Shown here in pieces: positions 38,905-49,734 of a stretch of DNA of 64,000 nucleotides. The stretch is from Glycera tridactyla (Eukaryota): positions 16,120,001 through 16,184,000 of the forward strand of contig OZ286460.1 of NCBI GenBank assembly GCA_965644265.1. The letters run 5' to 3'. The notes under the pieces are model-generated. The model did no database searches, was not told the origin of the DNA, and was given only the letters and a program-made list of their open reading frames with translations. Position 1 is the stretch's first letter. Each line of letters opens with the position of its first letter. The translations under genes were made by a program, and so were the position numbers.

Positions 38905-39232
38905 ATGGAGGGACAGAGGGGACATCATCATCATCATCATCATCCACATCAACATCATCCACATCAGCATCATCATCAACAGCATCATCATCGTCCTCCT
39001 CTGCCAGCTCCCCCACCTCCATCCTCGGCCCAGCCTCGCCGTGGACATCCCAGTGATCAGAGTGTGAGGATACCAGCCAGTGTTAGTGATGGTCATTCAT
39101 CAGCTGCCAGACTGCACCTGGCAAGTGGTAGTCTGTTGACAATGGGTGGAGGGAGTGGATACCATACTCAACAGCCACCCTACTCAATATATCACCCTTC
39201 CACATCTCCAAGTAAAGCTGCTGCATTACCCC
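38905..39232 (+). CDS. Candidate first coding exon of a His/Pro-rich protein (MEGQRGHHHHHHHPHQHH...AAALP)
   Basis: ATG at 38905 after an in-frame stop at 38878; 109 codons of compositionally varied low-complexity sequence open up to a consensus GTAAGT donor at 39233; possible upstream acceptor at 38857. Confidence 0.55.
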
Positions 39233-40121
39233 GTAAGTTACCTTTTCTCATTTGTAATCATTCCACAACTCTAAGGGGATTTCCAAGTCCTCAAAGGAAA
39301 AATCCAGCCCCTCCAGGAAGAATTGGTGATATGGAATTCACCGACTTTTGAATGTGATTTGTAATTTCCATTTTGGTTGTATGATTATTGTTTACACTGG
39401 TATATTTGTATATATTTATTGTTCATACTGCTCTCCTTGCTTAGTGATCGGATATTGGTGGTGGTTGGGAACAGTTGACTTTCGACAATTATTGAACCAG
39501 CATAGGAGGAATCTCAGGTTTAGACAAAAATCAGCGTCTCTTAATGTACACTTGCGTGGTTTGAGAGACCACCTGTGAACAAAGACCACCAAAAGCAATA
39601 TTCATCATACATAGTAAGTTACCAGCCAACAAAGGTCTCTTTGTCATGTGCTCAAGGTTTGTCTGTAGAGAGTTTAGTATTTCAGAGGCCTACGTAGTTC
39701 AGAATGCAGAATAAGTACAAAGAATACAAAATGTGGGTGATGAATACACACATTATTGTTGAGGTATTTCATATTCATGAGGACAAACAAGAATAATGCA
39801 GTGTCCCAGATGACGGTTGACAGATTTATGGCTGGCATGGCTGGCTCTTGTTGTGGAATCACACCTCATTCTGTCAACTGTCTGACATTGATAGGTGTAG
39901 AGATATAGCAGTTAAATGCCTGTTAATTGGTATCAGTAGTCATTATTAGAGCAATCATGAGGTGGTTGAACACAGCTGATACATGATTTATCAACATCAG
40001 TTCTGCGTACTGATGTCACCGGGTCATAGCTGAATGTCACCGGGTCACAATGTGAGGTCACAGGTCACAGCATCATTCAAGCTTTGATTGGTCCTCTATA
40101 CAGGACCAATATGGGTCCCTG

Positions 40122-40157
<36 letters not shown>

Positions 40158-40220
40158 GCTGTGATGAGAGACCCCCAAAGAGAGACCACCCTTAATAGGA
40201 GACCACATTCAGAGGTATTA

Positions 40221-40398
40221 CAGTAAAACCTGTCTTGGGAGACCCCTCTTTTGGGAGACCACCCTCTAATGGGAGATCGCTCTTCATGGGCTCTTCCCTA
40301 TTTGACATAGTCAAATATACCTCCAATGAGAGACCACCTGTCTTGAGAGACCGCTCTTCATTAGCGTTTGCGGCGGTCTCCCAAGACAGGTTTTACTG
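40221..40398. mobile_element. MITE subfamily B, young copy nested in an older B copy (about 40158-40488)
   Basis: Perfect 24 bp TIR CAGTAAAACCTGTCTTGGGAGACC/GGTCTCCCAAGACAGGTTTTACTG with TA duplication; both flanks are halves of a diverged B element. Confidence 0.95.
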
Positions 40399-43300
40399 TA
40401 TTTGTATTTGGCTTAGTCAAATAAACCTTGGATGAGAGATCATCCATTTAGCGAGACCGCTTATTGGTGACATTTGACGATTCACTGTACAAGTTATAAT
40501 TGGGAACAAAATCACCTGAAATGATATCAAGGTGACAGTGCGGGCCTTCCTTCAGATCTATCAGCTGATTATATACTTACCAGATAATTATGATCCCATA
40601 GCTTTCATTTCTTGTACTCAACTCTCTGGCTCTGAAGTAGTGGGAAAGCTGAAGTTATTACATGAGTCATTTCCTTGAGCTTTCACCCATTTCATCTTCA
40701 GCAGGGCAAGAAAAGATAGCCTTCCACCTGCCTGGGGCCTGGTGGATTTCGGAGTTGGGCAGTTGGATCTGCCCAGCAGATGGTAATAAAAATGATGATA
40801 AATGCAATGAACACATAATAGGGACCGGTTGAATTTTTAAGGGGGAAGGTAAATTTGAAATATACCTGCCCGCTGGACGATTGGATATATTTCATGTCTT
40901 CTTGCTCTGCTTCAGTATCATTTGAATCGGGTACTGTCAACGATATAGATTTGAACTTCCATGTGATCCTTTCATGAATTGTATATGATCGATGTCATAA
41001 CTGCAATTGTATCCAACAACAAAGACTTGTGAATGAGAATTGTGTGAATGAGAATTTGGTGATGAATACAGCCGAACCTCTCCACAAAGACTACCTATGG
41101 TCGAATAGAAAAGTTGCCTTTATACGCAGGTGGTCTTCATGAGAGAGGTCATTTACTGTTGAAAATACTACCACAGTCACAGCTCCTGGTGGTCTTTATA
41201 GATAGGTGGTCTATAGAGAGGTGGACTAGAGGTGGTTTGACTGTATATGACATGGCATGTCAGTTGTGGATTGAAACAAAACTAATATCAGCCATGAATC
41301 CATCCAGCATTTAAGAAAAACTGCATTATACTGCCCAATCCAGCAAATGCTGGCAATCCATCTTGTCTTATATGTCGGAGGATTATAGGCTTGACCTTTA
41401 CTCCTTATATTCTGCTCTGTCTCAGTGCTGTTACATTTTTAACTGTATATCAAAAATCAAAAAGAAAATATGTGATCCTATGTCAACAGACAGTCACTAG
41501 TTTTTGGTTCTCACTTAATCCCTGTTTATTCTGTAGTACAGAGTACTTCAATATCTTTTTACTATGAATTATGCTGAGATGGGATAATGCACTTAGAAGT
41601 TTTTCCTCACAAACACCAACTGACATTAATTTTTATTTGCATCAGGGCGCATATTCTAATGTTGAATTCAGGAAATAAATCAGAGGATGAGCCCAGTGTG
41701 AAGGAGTGCACTCATAATGAGGGTAGAAGATGGTGGCAAGGGGCTGTGCTGATCTGTAATGAATGTAGATTGTTTTGGAGGGGGTTAGCTTACCAGTGCT
41801 TCATGTACAGTTGAACCTGCTCAAGAGACCACCTCTATAAAGGCCATCCTGGGCTGTGACCGTGATTGTACTTCCAACAGTAAATGACCTCTCTATGAAG
41901 GCCCCCTGCCTATGAAGGCCACTTTTTAATTGTGATCGAAGGTGGCCTTCGTAGATTCGACTGTACTATGTAATGTACCTTCTCTATACTAAGCATAAAT
42001 CGTTTCGTAAGCCACCATGCTGTATTACATCCTGTGAGCGGATCCTTGATTCAATTTACTTGCACGAAACATGGACCTATTCTCTCCATGCACTCTCGCC
42101 CACATGATTATGACAGGTTTGACTCTAGATTGATTAAACTCTGTTTGATACTGGGCCAGAGACTCCTGTGGTTGCATGAAAACATAACTTTTGTAGATAG
42201 GCCTTCCAATGGAAGCAGCATTTCAAACTGTATNNNNNNNNNNNNNNNNNNNNNNNNNNNNNNNNNNNNNNNNNNNNNNNNNNNNNNNNNNNNNNNNNNN
42301 NNNNNNNNNNNNNNNNNNNNNNNNNNNNNNNNNNNNNNNNNNNNNNNNNNNNNNNNNNNNNNNNNNNNNNNNNNNNNNNNNNNNNNNNNNNNNNNNNNNN
42401 NNNNNNNNNNNNNNNNGGGGCGGCGATAGTAAAAGGTGTTAGCTCTAATTGAATGCAATCTCACTAATGTGCACGATGCACTTTTTCAATGTTATTTTTC
42501 TCTTCCGTCTCCATTCTATGAAGATCACGCCAGAATAATCACATGTCATTTTTTCATCAAGTTGGAAACCTGTTGACATGAATTGTGGATGAGAATCAGG
42601 TTTCTTGATGTGGCCAAGTGATGCCATAGATGATACCTGGCACAAACATATCTGTTATGAAGGTGCAGTCTTTGCAGTTCTCTTTTCTATGCAATAAGCT
42701 CATTGCATTTTCTTGCAAGACCACCTGTTCTGTTTTGTCTTAATTTAGCCAGTGAAGCTAGCTGATGCAAGCACAACAAATAATTATGATGACAATTTCT
42801 GAGGGAATACTGCACAAAAATATCACAAGTAAGCCTCGAAAGACTCCAAACAAAAATCTATAATCAGTGATTTTGTATCCCGGCTTTCAAAGAGATTGTA
42901 CAAGAAACTATGGCAGTTTTAAATCTAGGCTGTGAAGGAGCTCACCAGGTTGTGAAGCTTTGCCATCCAACCTCTTTATTTATTGTGATGCTAATACTCC
43001 CATGTTATTGATAGTGTTCAACAGATGAGATGGATGCCTGGGGATTGGTGTTTTATTGAAGCAATACACTGGCCACTCCGCATATTGAGGCCTTTGATGA
43101 CCACCTGTCAACTTCACAAGGTCAAGGGTCAGTGTTTGATGCTGAGACTGAGTCCGGAATGTAACTTGATGTGTCTATTACTCAGGGAGAGAAAGCAGCA
43201 GGTGCAAAAACACAAAGGAACTTGTTACAATACTGCCACAGATTTTCATTTCACTGGTGTCTAGCAAGATTTGGAGAAAGCTGATTTGTTTAAGAGGGAT

Positions 43301-43936
43301 ACACTTGCCACAAGTTCCCTTCTATTATTCTCGTAACAATTTGTTACAATTTCGCCTGCACAGAGCATATTCATGTCTGGTACTTCTTCACTGATACTTG
43401 TCGTTGATTCAATCCAAAATGGGGGAGAAGTCCCCATATATAGTGAATCCTGTGAAGAATAGAAAATCTTTATACCATTCAATCGATATTCCTGGCCTAT
43501 GAAAACAAATTCCAAGAAATTTCAGGTGATTGCTTGTTCCATGTTTTTCCTTACAACACAGAAATATATTCATAAGTAATCCAGGTAAAGGGGCATAATT
43601 TTGAATTCTCAGCCAGGACACCCATGTTTGAAGCATGTCAGGTACAGTTTGATCACCAAGTGTGCAACAGAGAGATTTTGTCTCATAATAATTGCAGCAT
43701 GGAATGAAGAATTCAGTTCATCTTATGAAGATACTCTGGTGATATTCATCTCATGGAAATTTTTGAAAGTGCTCGGAAAAATAGATCAGCAGATTCCTCC
43801 AAAGTTGATACAATGGTGGTAAAAGGTGATTGCTATACAATTTATATCACAGTAGTCTTGGTTTACTAGTAAATATACTGATTCACTTGAAGATTTTATA
43901 CTGAGATCACAGAGCACACCTCGGTATAAAGACCAC

Positions 43937-45352
43937 TTGGAAGTATCTGCTCGAGAGTTTTTCCACGAAGAATCTGCTATTCCTGCCAGTGACTCTAGTG
44001 TGTACGAAGAAATATCTGGTTTATTTGCTGAAGCATCCAACCCTTCTTCTAGGAGGAGATCATTTTATCAATTAGAGAGTGACATTACAGATCTCCAGAA
44101 GAAATTTTATAGGGAAATTGAAGAGCCACCAAGTATCCCAGAAGACTGGCCTTTTGATTCCGAGAATAACTGGTTCGCATGTGTGAATAGTGACTCCAGG
44201 TCTTCCATAAACAGCATTAAGTCTGAGGTACTGAAATCTATATCAGAAAGTAACCTTGACCAGCAGAGTCCCTCTGTAAAAATGTCTCAAATACAAATTG
44301 ATCCAGATCAATTCATGAATCTTTTCAACACTGCCTTTAAAAGGATGGTGTCTTCTGAAGAACATAAATCCTCAATGGTTGATATTGTAACAGAGGTTCT
44401 CTCTACCACTGAAAAAAGAATTGAAGATGTTGAGATGACTTTGAGAGCTCAAACTCAAAAGCACAATGCCATGTCAGACTGGATTGCTGATGTGTCGGCA
44501 AATGTTAAGAGCTTGGAATCCAAATATGCTAATCCTGACATCATGTTGAGCACCATGGAGGCTTCTATTAAGAAAATAGCACTTAAATGTGATGCTACAT
44601 GCAATCAGTCCAAACAAGTATCTGAACTGGATGCAAAGGTCCAATTGATTTCAATACAATTGAATGAATTATCAAGTGACATGAATGGTATAAAAAGGAT
44701 GGATGATGGTGATATGACTGAAAAGCTGAAAGATGCATGGGTGAAGCTTGATAAGGTTGATAAGGTTGCGAGAGATGTCGAAAATAGAGCAAGTGCTGTG
44801 CCACAACAACAACTGGGTGCCCTGACTGAGAAAGTGAGACAATTGGAATCAACATCCAATCAGAAATATCTGGTGTTTGATGGTGTCCCAGAGGCACAGA
44901 ATGAAAATACTCCTGAACTGCTTGTTAATACTGTTGGTGTACTATTGAGACCTCAATTGAGGCTAGCTGACATTGAAAATGCCAGGAGAATTGGTAGAGT
45001 GTCAAATAGACCAAGAACAATTCTGGTGGAGTTTGTGCATACTAGCAAAAGCCAATCTGTGTATCAAGGGAAAATGGAGCTTGCCAGACTCAAAACCCAT
45101 TCTTATATTGGTGAATATCTGTCCAAAGAAATTGCACATCTATTTTTCCTGGCCGGGCAATTAAGGGGTGAAGGGAAAGCACTTTCAAGGGCATGGACCT
45201 TTAGAGGCCAAGTTTTTGTGGCTAAAGGAAAAAATGCAAGAGGAACCCCTGTTAAAACTGAAAGGGAATTGAATGAATTCATTCGCATTGGTGTGGATAT
45301 TGTTGAACAACCACCAAATATGAATCCCCCACAACTTATGCAAACTAATTAG
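43937..45352 (+). CDS. LINE ORF1p-like protein (acidic N-terminus, coiled coil, L1-type RRM and C-terminal domain)
   Basis: 471-codon frame (open from 43856; first ATG at 44282). Heptad-rich central region, then YLVFDGVPEAQNENT...IENARRIGR...RPRTILVEF...AWTFRGQVFV, the pattern of L1-like ORF1p found in CR1/L2/Crack-group LINEs. Lies upstream of, and co-oriented with, an APE-RT ORF. Confidence 0.85.
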   Translation: MEVSAREFFHEESAIPASDSSVYEEISGLFAEASNPSSRRRSFYQLESDITDLQKKFYREIEEPPSIPEDWPFDSENNWFACVNSDSRSSINSIKSEVLKSISESNLDQQSPSVKMSQIQIDPDQFMNLFNTAFKRMVSSEEHKSSMVDIVTEVLSTTEKRIEDVEMTLRAQTQKHNAMSDWIADVSANVKSLESKYANPDIMLSTMEASIKKIALKCDATCNQSKQVSELDAKVQLISIQLNELSSDMNGIKRMDDGDMTEKLKDAWVKLDKVDKVARDVENRASAVPQQQLGALTEKVRQLESTSNQKYLVFDGVPEAQNENTPELLVNTVGVLLRPQLRLADIENARRIGRVSNRPRTILVEFVHTSKSQSVYQGKMELARLKTHSYIGEYLSKEIAHLFFLAGQLRGEGKALSRAWTFRGQVFVAKGKNARGTPVKTERELNEFIRIGVDIVEQPPNMNPPQLMQTN

Positions 45353-45599
45353 CTTGTCTACTCTCAGTCTTGTTGAACAACTGCTACGCTAAGAGTTTTT
45401 CTCTGTTTTTCACTGGTCTCGTCTGGAAAGTTTATCACATTATTTATGTATTAATCCCTTATTACTGTTCTATTTATGTGCAAACTATCACTCCTATGGT
45501 TGTAGTATACAGGTGTTGAATTGAAGATGATCAATGATGGGGGAATCATGAGAGTTGCTTGTGATTCACCAGTCACCTGGTCATAATATAACATATGTA

Positions 45600-46300
45600 T
45601 ACTGCAAGGGGGTGTGTTCCGAATCAGCTGATCGATCGCCAGCTTGGCTGAACCGGTTTTTACGTGTGAGCGCGAGCATTCACTCTCGTGATATGAATCC
45701 TTCATGAACAGCCTTTCAACGTTAGCGATTGATTCGAATTTTTGACCATTAGTATAAAATCATATATTGAGCATATCAAGCTGGGCGATGGCATGCATTG
45801 AAGGCCTTTCTCTAAGAAAAAATTGGAACTTTTTTACTGGTCCCGGTTTCGAGAATAGAGAAGTAGTCCCGGTCAATTGTCGAACCTTGGAGGCCGTCGC
45901 GGTTCCTGATTGGCTGGCAGGCTCACGTGATCAAATATGACCAATCGTATGGCGTCTAACACTGAGGTACAAGCTGGCTACCAAATATGGAATTTAATCC
46001 AGATAAAGATGCCTATGAGGCCGTCGCGCTCACTGATTGGCCAATTGTAAACCAACGGTCTTCTAAGCCAATCAGCAATACGGATACATGCGGCATGTAG
46101 GCTGGATGGCCAAAATGGCGAACCAGTTGTTCTTGTTAGAAAATTACCAAGAAATTGTGGGCCGAAATAAATAATCCTCGACATTTATGATACTCGACCC
46201 AGGTCTTATTTGCTGAATTGAGGTGGGTTGAAGGCTGCGCGAGGTCCGTCTTGTTTCGTAGATGCCGGTGGCACGCGAAAACAAAAAGTTTCGTGTGCAC
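45600..46300 (+). promoter_or_regulatory. CpG-rich promoter-like module inside the LINE inter-ORF spacer
   Basis: Two copies, 127 bp apart, of GAGGCCGTCGCG-N5-TGATTGGC (45890-45914, 46017-46041), each followed 32 bp later by CCAATC (45941, 46068). TCACGTGA at 45923-45930; YY1-like CAAAATGGCG at 46111-46120. Confidence 0.65.
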
Positions 46301-46432
46301 AAAAATGAATGGGAAACTGATTGTAACTATACTGGTAGACCCAAGCTAAACGATCCAATGATAAGACACAGGTGTTCAATTTATGATATTTATGTATGAT
46401 ATCTAATGTTGATGGGAAGTATGAGAGTTGCC

Positions 46433-46821
46433 TGAAATGAAACTGCGGAACCAAGTAAGATGAAACAATGATGTTTTGGTACTGACTGTGAAATGTAAAT
46501 AATTCTGTTGTTATCAATTGGCTATACACCAGAATATCCCTGGTCCTGTCTCGAAACTTTCTTTATTTCCTTTTAATACAAACTCTTCTCCTCTTCAACT
46601 AAAGTGACATTTGATGTGGTTGCCTTGGCTGAATGATCTACGAATGTTCTGTGTATAAGAAGGTAAAGGTGACACTGATTGAAATGAAACTGTTGCAACA
46701 AAGCAAGATGAAACAATGATATTCTATTGACTTGAAATGTAATAATCCAGTTGTTGTCAACTGACTATGTACCTGATCACAGTTGGTCCTGTCTCGAAAC
46801 CTTCATTTCCTCTTTTTAATA
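46433..46821 (+). repeat. Diverged direct duplication (about 145 bp units, 247 bp period) just upstream of ORF2
   Basis: 46433-46578 and 46680-46821 share TGAAATGAAACTG..AAGATGAAACAATGAT..TGAAATGTAA..TGGTCCTGTCTCGAAAC..ATTTCC..TTTTAATA. Confidence 0.85.
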
Positions 46822-49734
46822 TATACCCTCCTCCTTACTAAATTTTCTTTCACTCCTATCATGATTGAACTTCATGAACTGAAAAGGTTAAATGGACTTG
46901 TATTCGCACACTTAAATGTGTGCAGTTTGAAGAATAAACTTGATGATATATTTAGATTACTTGACTGCAGTGATATTGATGTTTTAGGAATATCAGAAAC
47001 ATTCCTAGATGATAGCCTTGACTCGATGTTGTTTGACATTGAGGGGTATAATTTATACAGATTGGACCGCAAAGACCATAGTGTGAGACAGAGTGGTGGA
47101 GGAATATGTGTATACAGTAAATGTTCAATTGTATGTGACATGTCACCTCAACTATCTATGAGCAATAGGGACATAGAAATACTTGGACTCTGTATTTGCC
47201 TGAAAAACTGTAGGCCTATATATGTGTTTAATATCTATAGGCCACCATATGGAAGTATGAAAAATGCTGTACAACTGATGTCTGGGATACTAAATGATTG
47301 TCAGGTGAATCCTTTGAGTGAATTCCATTTGCTTGGTGATTATAACTGTGACTTACTGAAGTCAAATCACCCAGATTGCAGATCATTGAAAACAATGTGT
47401 TATTCCTATGACCTGATGCAATGTGTGAAAGAAGCTACTAGGATTACCACAGGAAGTTCAACGCTGATTGACCATATATATTGCAATAGAGACATTGTCG
47501 TTGCAAGTAGTGGAGTGGTCCCTTTGGGTATTAGTGATCATTCACTGGTTTTTATTCAGCGTAAGTTAAATAAATTGAAGCCAAAAGCACTATTTGTTAA
47601 CTGTAGATCTATGAAACATGTGAACCAAGAGAGCTTCTGTGATGCTGTCTCCCGTATAGACTGGTCTGATGTGTATTTTGAATTGAATCCTGATCTAGCA
47701 TGGATCATCTTCAAATTTGAATTTTTGAATATATGTGACTTATTGGCCCCTTACAAATCTATGAAAGTTAGAGGCAGGCCACCTCCATGGAATACTGATG
47801 ACATTGTCTCCTTAGCTCATCAAAGGGATAATGCAAAGAAGAAATCTGATACAACAAGATCTGCCATAGATAGATATGAATATACCACCCTTAGAAATCG
47901 TGTCACTACTATGGGCAACCATTCTAAAAGGAAATATATTGCAAACACTCTGAATGAAAATAAGGGGGATTTACGTAAGATTTGGCGTACTATTGCTCTC
48001 CTTATTCCGAAATCTAAGCAAAACATGAATGCTGATATAGATATTGGAGGTTTCAACTCAAATGTTGATATAGCAAATTGTTTTAATGAGCTTTTCTGCA
48101 CAGTTGGAGACTTGTTAGCTCAGAAAATTACCTATATATCCATGCAAGAGCTACCTGGTATAGTTAGTAGTGGAAACTTGTTTTCATTCATAAGAGTTCC
48201 AATCCTCGATATATACAAGAACCTGTCAGCTATGAGTGTGAACAAATCTACAGGTCTTGACGGCATAAATTCTAAGTTTCTCAAATGGTCTGCAGTGGTT
48301 ATTGCCCCTATTGTTTCTCATATTGTGAACAGCTCTCTCTGTAACCAAATTGTACCAACAGACTGGAAGATTGCTCGTATCTCACCTTTGTACAAGGACG
48401 GTCCCAGGACCGATCCTGGCAATTATAGGCCAATATCAGTTCTGCCAATCATGGCCAAGGTACAGGAACGCATGGTACATGATCAATTATACAAGCATTT
48501 TACAGAGAACGATCTATTTGAGGCATGTCAGTCTGGTTTCAGAAGTGGAATGTCCACTATCACTTGCTGTACTACTGTTCTACACGATATATATGTTGGC
48601 ATTGATTGTGGGAAGATGACTGCAATGGTATTTTTGGACCTGAAGAAGGCGTTCGATACTGTCGACCATGGTATTCTTGTCCAAAAATTGAGAGACTATG
48701 GAGTGGTCGGCAGTTCGAACGCCTGGATCAGAAACTATCTATCTAATCGTAAGCAAGTGACAAAGTATAAAAATGCACTTTCGAATCCGGGGAATGTCAC
48801 ATGTGGTGTCCCGCAGGGATCTATTTTGGGGCCGCTCTTATTCATTATATACATTAATGATCTGTGCCTTAACGTTAAGCAGTCCCAAATTGCTATGTAT
48901 GCTGATGACAGAGCTTTATATGCCAGTGGCACTAGTATTATAGAAATCAGGGATAAGCTTATGTCAGACCTTGCCGAAGTGGACAAATGGCTTATGGCAA
49001 ATCGATTAACACTAAATGTCAAAAAAACAAAAGCTATGCTTTTTCATAGCAATATGTATAGAGGTCAAAAGCAACTTGATCTGAGCATTCATGGTGAAGT
49101 TATTGAACAAGTGCTAACATTTAAATATCTCGGGATGACTCTGGATAGTAAACTGACTTTTGATGATCATCTGAGTATCACTGTTTCAAAAACCAGAAAG
49201 CGTCTGGGTGCCATAAGACATGTCAGGAAGTTCATAGATGGTAATGTCAGCCATATGCTATATAAGACACTTGTCATTCCACATTTTGACTATGGTGATT
49301 TGTTATACATGCATGCATCAGATACATCTTTGAATAAGTTGCAGATCATGCAAAATGCTGCCTGTCGCCTAATTCTGAAGGCTGAATGGTTAAGAAGTAG
49401 TGATAGCATGCATTTAGCCTTGAAAATGCCGAGACTCTCTGAGCGAAGGAGGTATCACATTGCACTTTTTGTATACAAAGTACTTAACAATCATATCCAG
49501 TGTGTCAAGACTAGATCACTCTTTGAGTGGGTGAGTGATTCTCATAACGTAAACACCAGAGCAAGTAGAAATCTAGATCTTAAAGTACCCAGAACACATA
49601 GCAGATGTCTGGATAGAAGTGTCTATGTTCAGGGGCCACATATATGGAATAGTCTATCAGCTGAAGTGAGAGGAAAACCATCTTTAGGTTCTTTCAAGAG
49701 TGCATATATTAAGATGTACATGAATTTTGATTGA
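46783..49734 (+). CDS. Intact LINE ORF2 (APE + RT), likely start ATG at 46861
   Basis: 983-codon frame. HLNVCSL, GISETF, YRPP, GDYN, TLIDHIY, SDHSL; NYRPISVL, QSGFR, FLDLKKAFDTVDH, GVPQGSILGPLLF, YADD (48898-48909), KYLG. Confidence 0.97.
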   Translation: MVLSRNLHFLFLIYTLLLTKFSFTPIMIELHELKRLNGLVFAHLNVCSLKNKLDDIFRLLDCSDIDVLGISETFLDDSLDSMLFDIEGYNLYRLDRKDHSVRQSGGGICVYSKCSIVCDMSPQLSMSNRDIEILGLCICLKNCRPIYVFNIYRPPYGSMKNAVQLMSGILNDCQVNPLSEFHLLGDYNCDLLKSNHPDCRSLKTMCYSYDLMQCVKEATRITTGSSTLIDHIYCNRDIVVASSGVVPLGISDHSLVFIQRKLNKLKPKALFVNCRSMKHVNQESFCDAVSRIDWSDVYFELNPDLAWIIFKFEFLNICDLLAPYKSMKVRGRPPPWNTDDIVSLAHQRDNAKKKSDTTRSAIDRYEYTTLRNRVTTMGNHSKRKYIANTLNENKGDLRKIWRTIALLIPKSKQNMNADIDIGGFNSNVDIANCFNELFCTVGDLLAQKITYISMQELPGIVSSGNLFSFIRVPILDIYKNLSAMSVNKSTGLDGINSKFLKWSAVVIAPIVSHIVNSSLCNQIVPTDWKIARISPLYKDGPRTDPGNYRPISVLPIMAKVQERMVHDQLYKHFTENDLFEACQSGFRSGMSTITCCTTVLHDIYVGIDCGKMTAMVFLDLKKAFDTVDHGILVQKLRDYGVVGSSNAWIRNYLSNRKQVTKYKNALSNPGNVTCGVPQGSILGPLLFIIYINDLCLNVKQSQIAMYADDRALYASGTSIIEIRDKLMSDLAEVDKWLMANRLTLNVKKTKAMLFHSNMYRGQKQLDLSIHGEVIEQVLTFKYLGMTLDSKLTFDDHLSITVSKTRKRLGAIRHVRKFIDGNVSHMLYKTLVIPHFDYGDLLYMHASDTSLNKLQIMQNAACRLILKAEWLRSSDSMHLALKMPRLSERRRYHIALFVYKVLNNHIQCVKTRSLFEWVSDSHNVNTRASRNLDLKVPRTHSRCLDRSVYVQGPHIWNSLSAEVRGKPSLGSFKSAYIKMYMNFD

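Noticed and set aside
38594-39022. Minus-strand acidic ORF (EEDDDDAVDDD...)
   Set aside because: Antisense reading of the CAT-rich His exon; its 3' part runs into a MITE (38521-38694). The plus frame has better start and donor support, though this is not fully excluded.
40572-40600. ATACTTACC matching the U1 snRNA 5' end
   Set aside because: The following sequence does not match U1 stem-loop I and there is no Sm site; more likely a minus-strand GTAAGTAT donor-like word or chance.
40698-40940. Minus-strand ORF with hydrophobic stretch (YVFIAFIIIFITIC)
   Set aside because: The hydrophobic part derives from an AT-rich ATG/ATA tract; it conflicts with a plus-strand exon candidate at 40702-40782 and neither can be resolved without transcripts.
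42009-42037. Perfect Kozak GCCACCATG
   Set aside because: The frame closes after six codons (MLYYIL*); no promoter or splice support.
27011-49022. Antisense ORFs overlapping the LINE ORFs (e.g. 27011-27448, 28103-28339, 44595-44897, 47820-48101)
   Set aside because: Shadow frames of long coding regions with no recognisable motifs.
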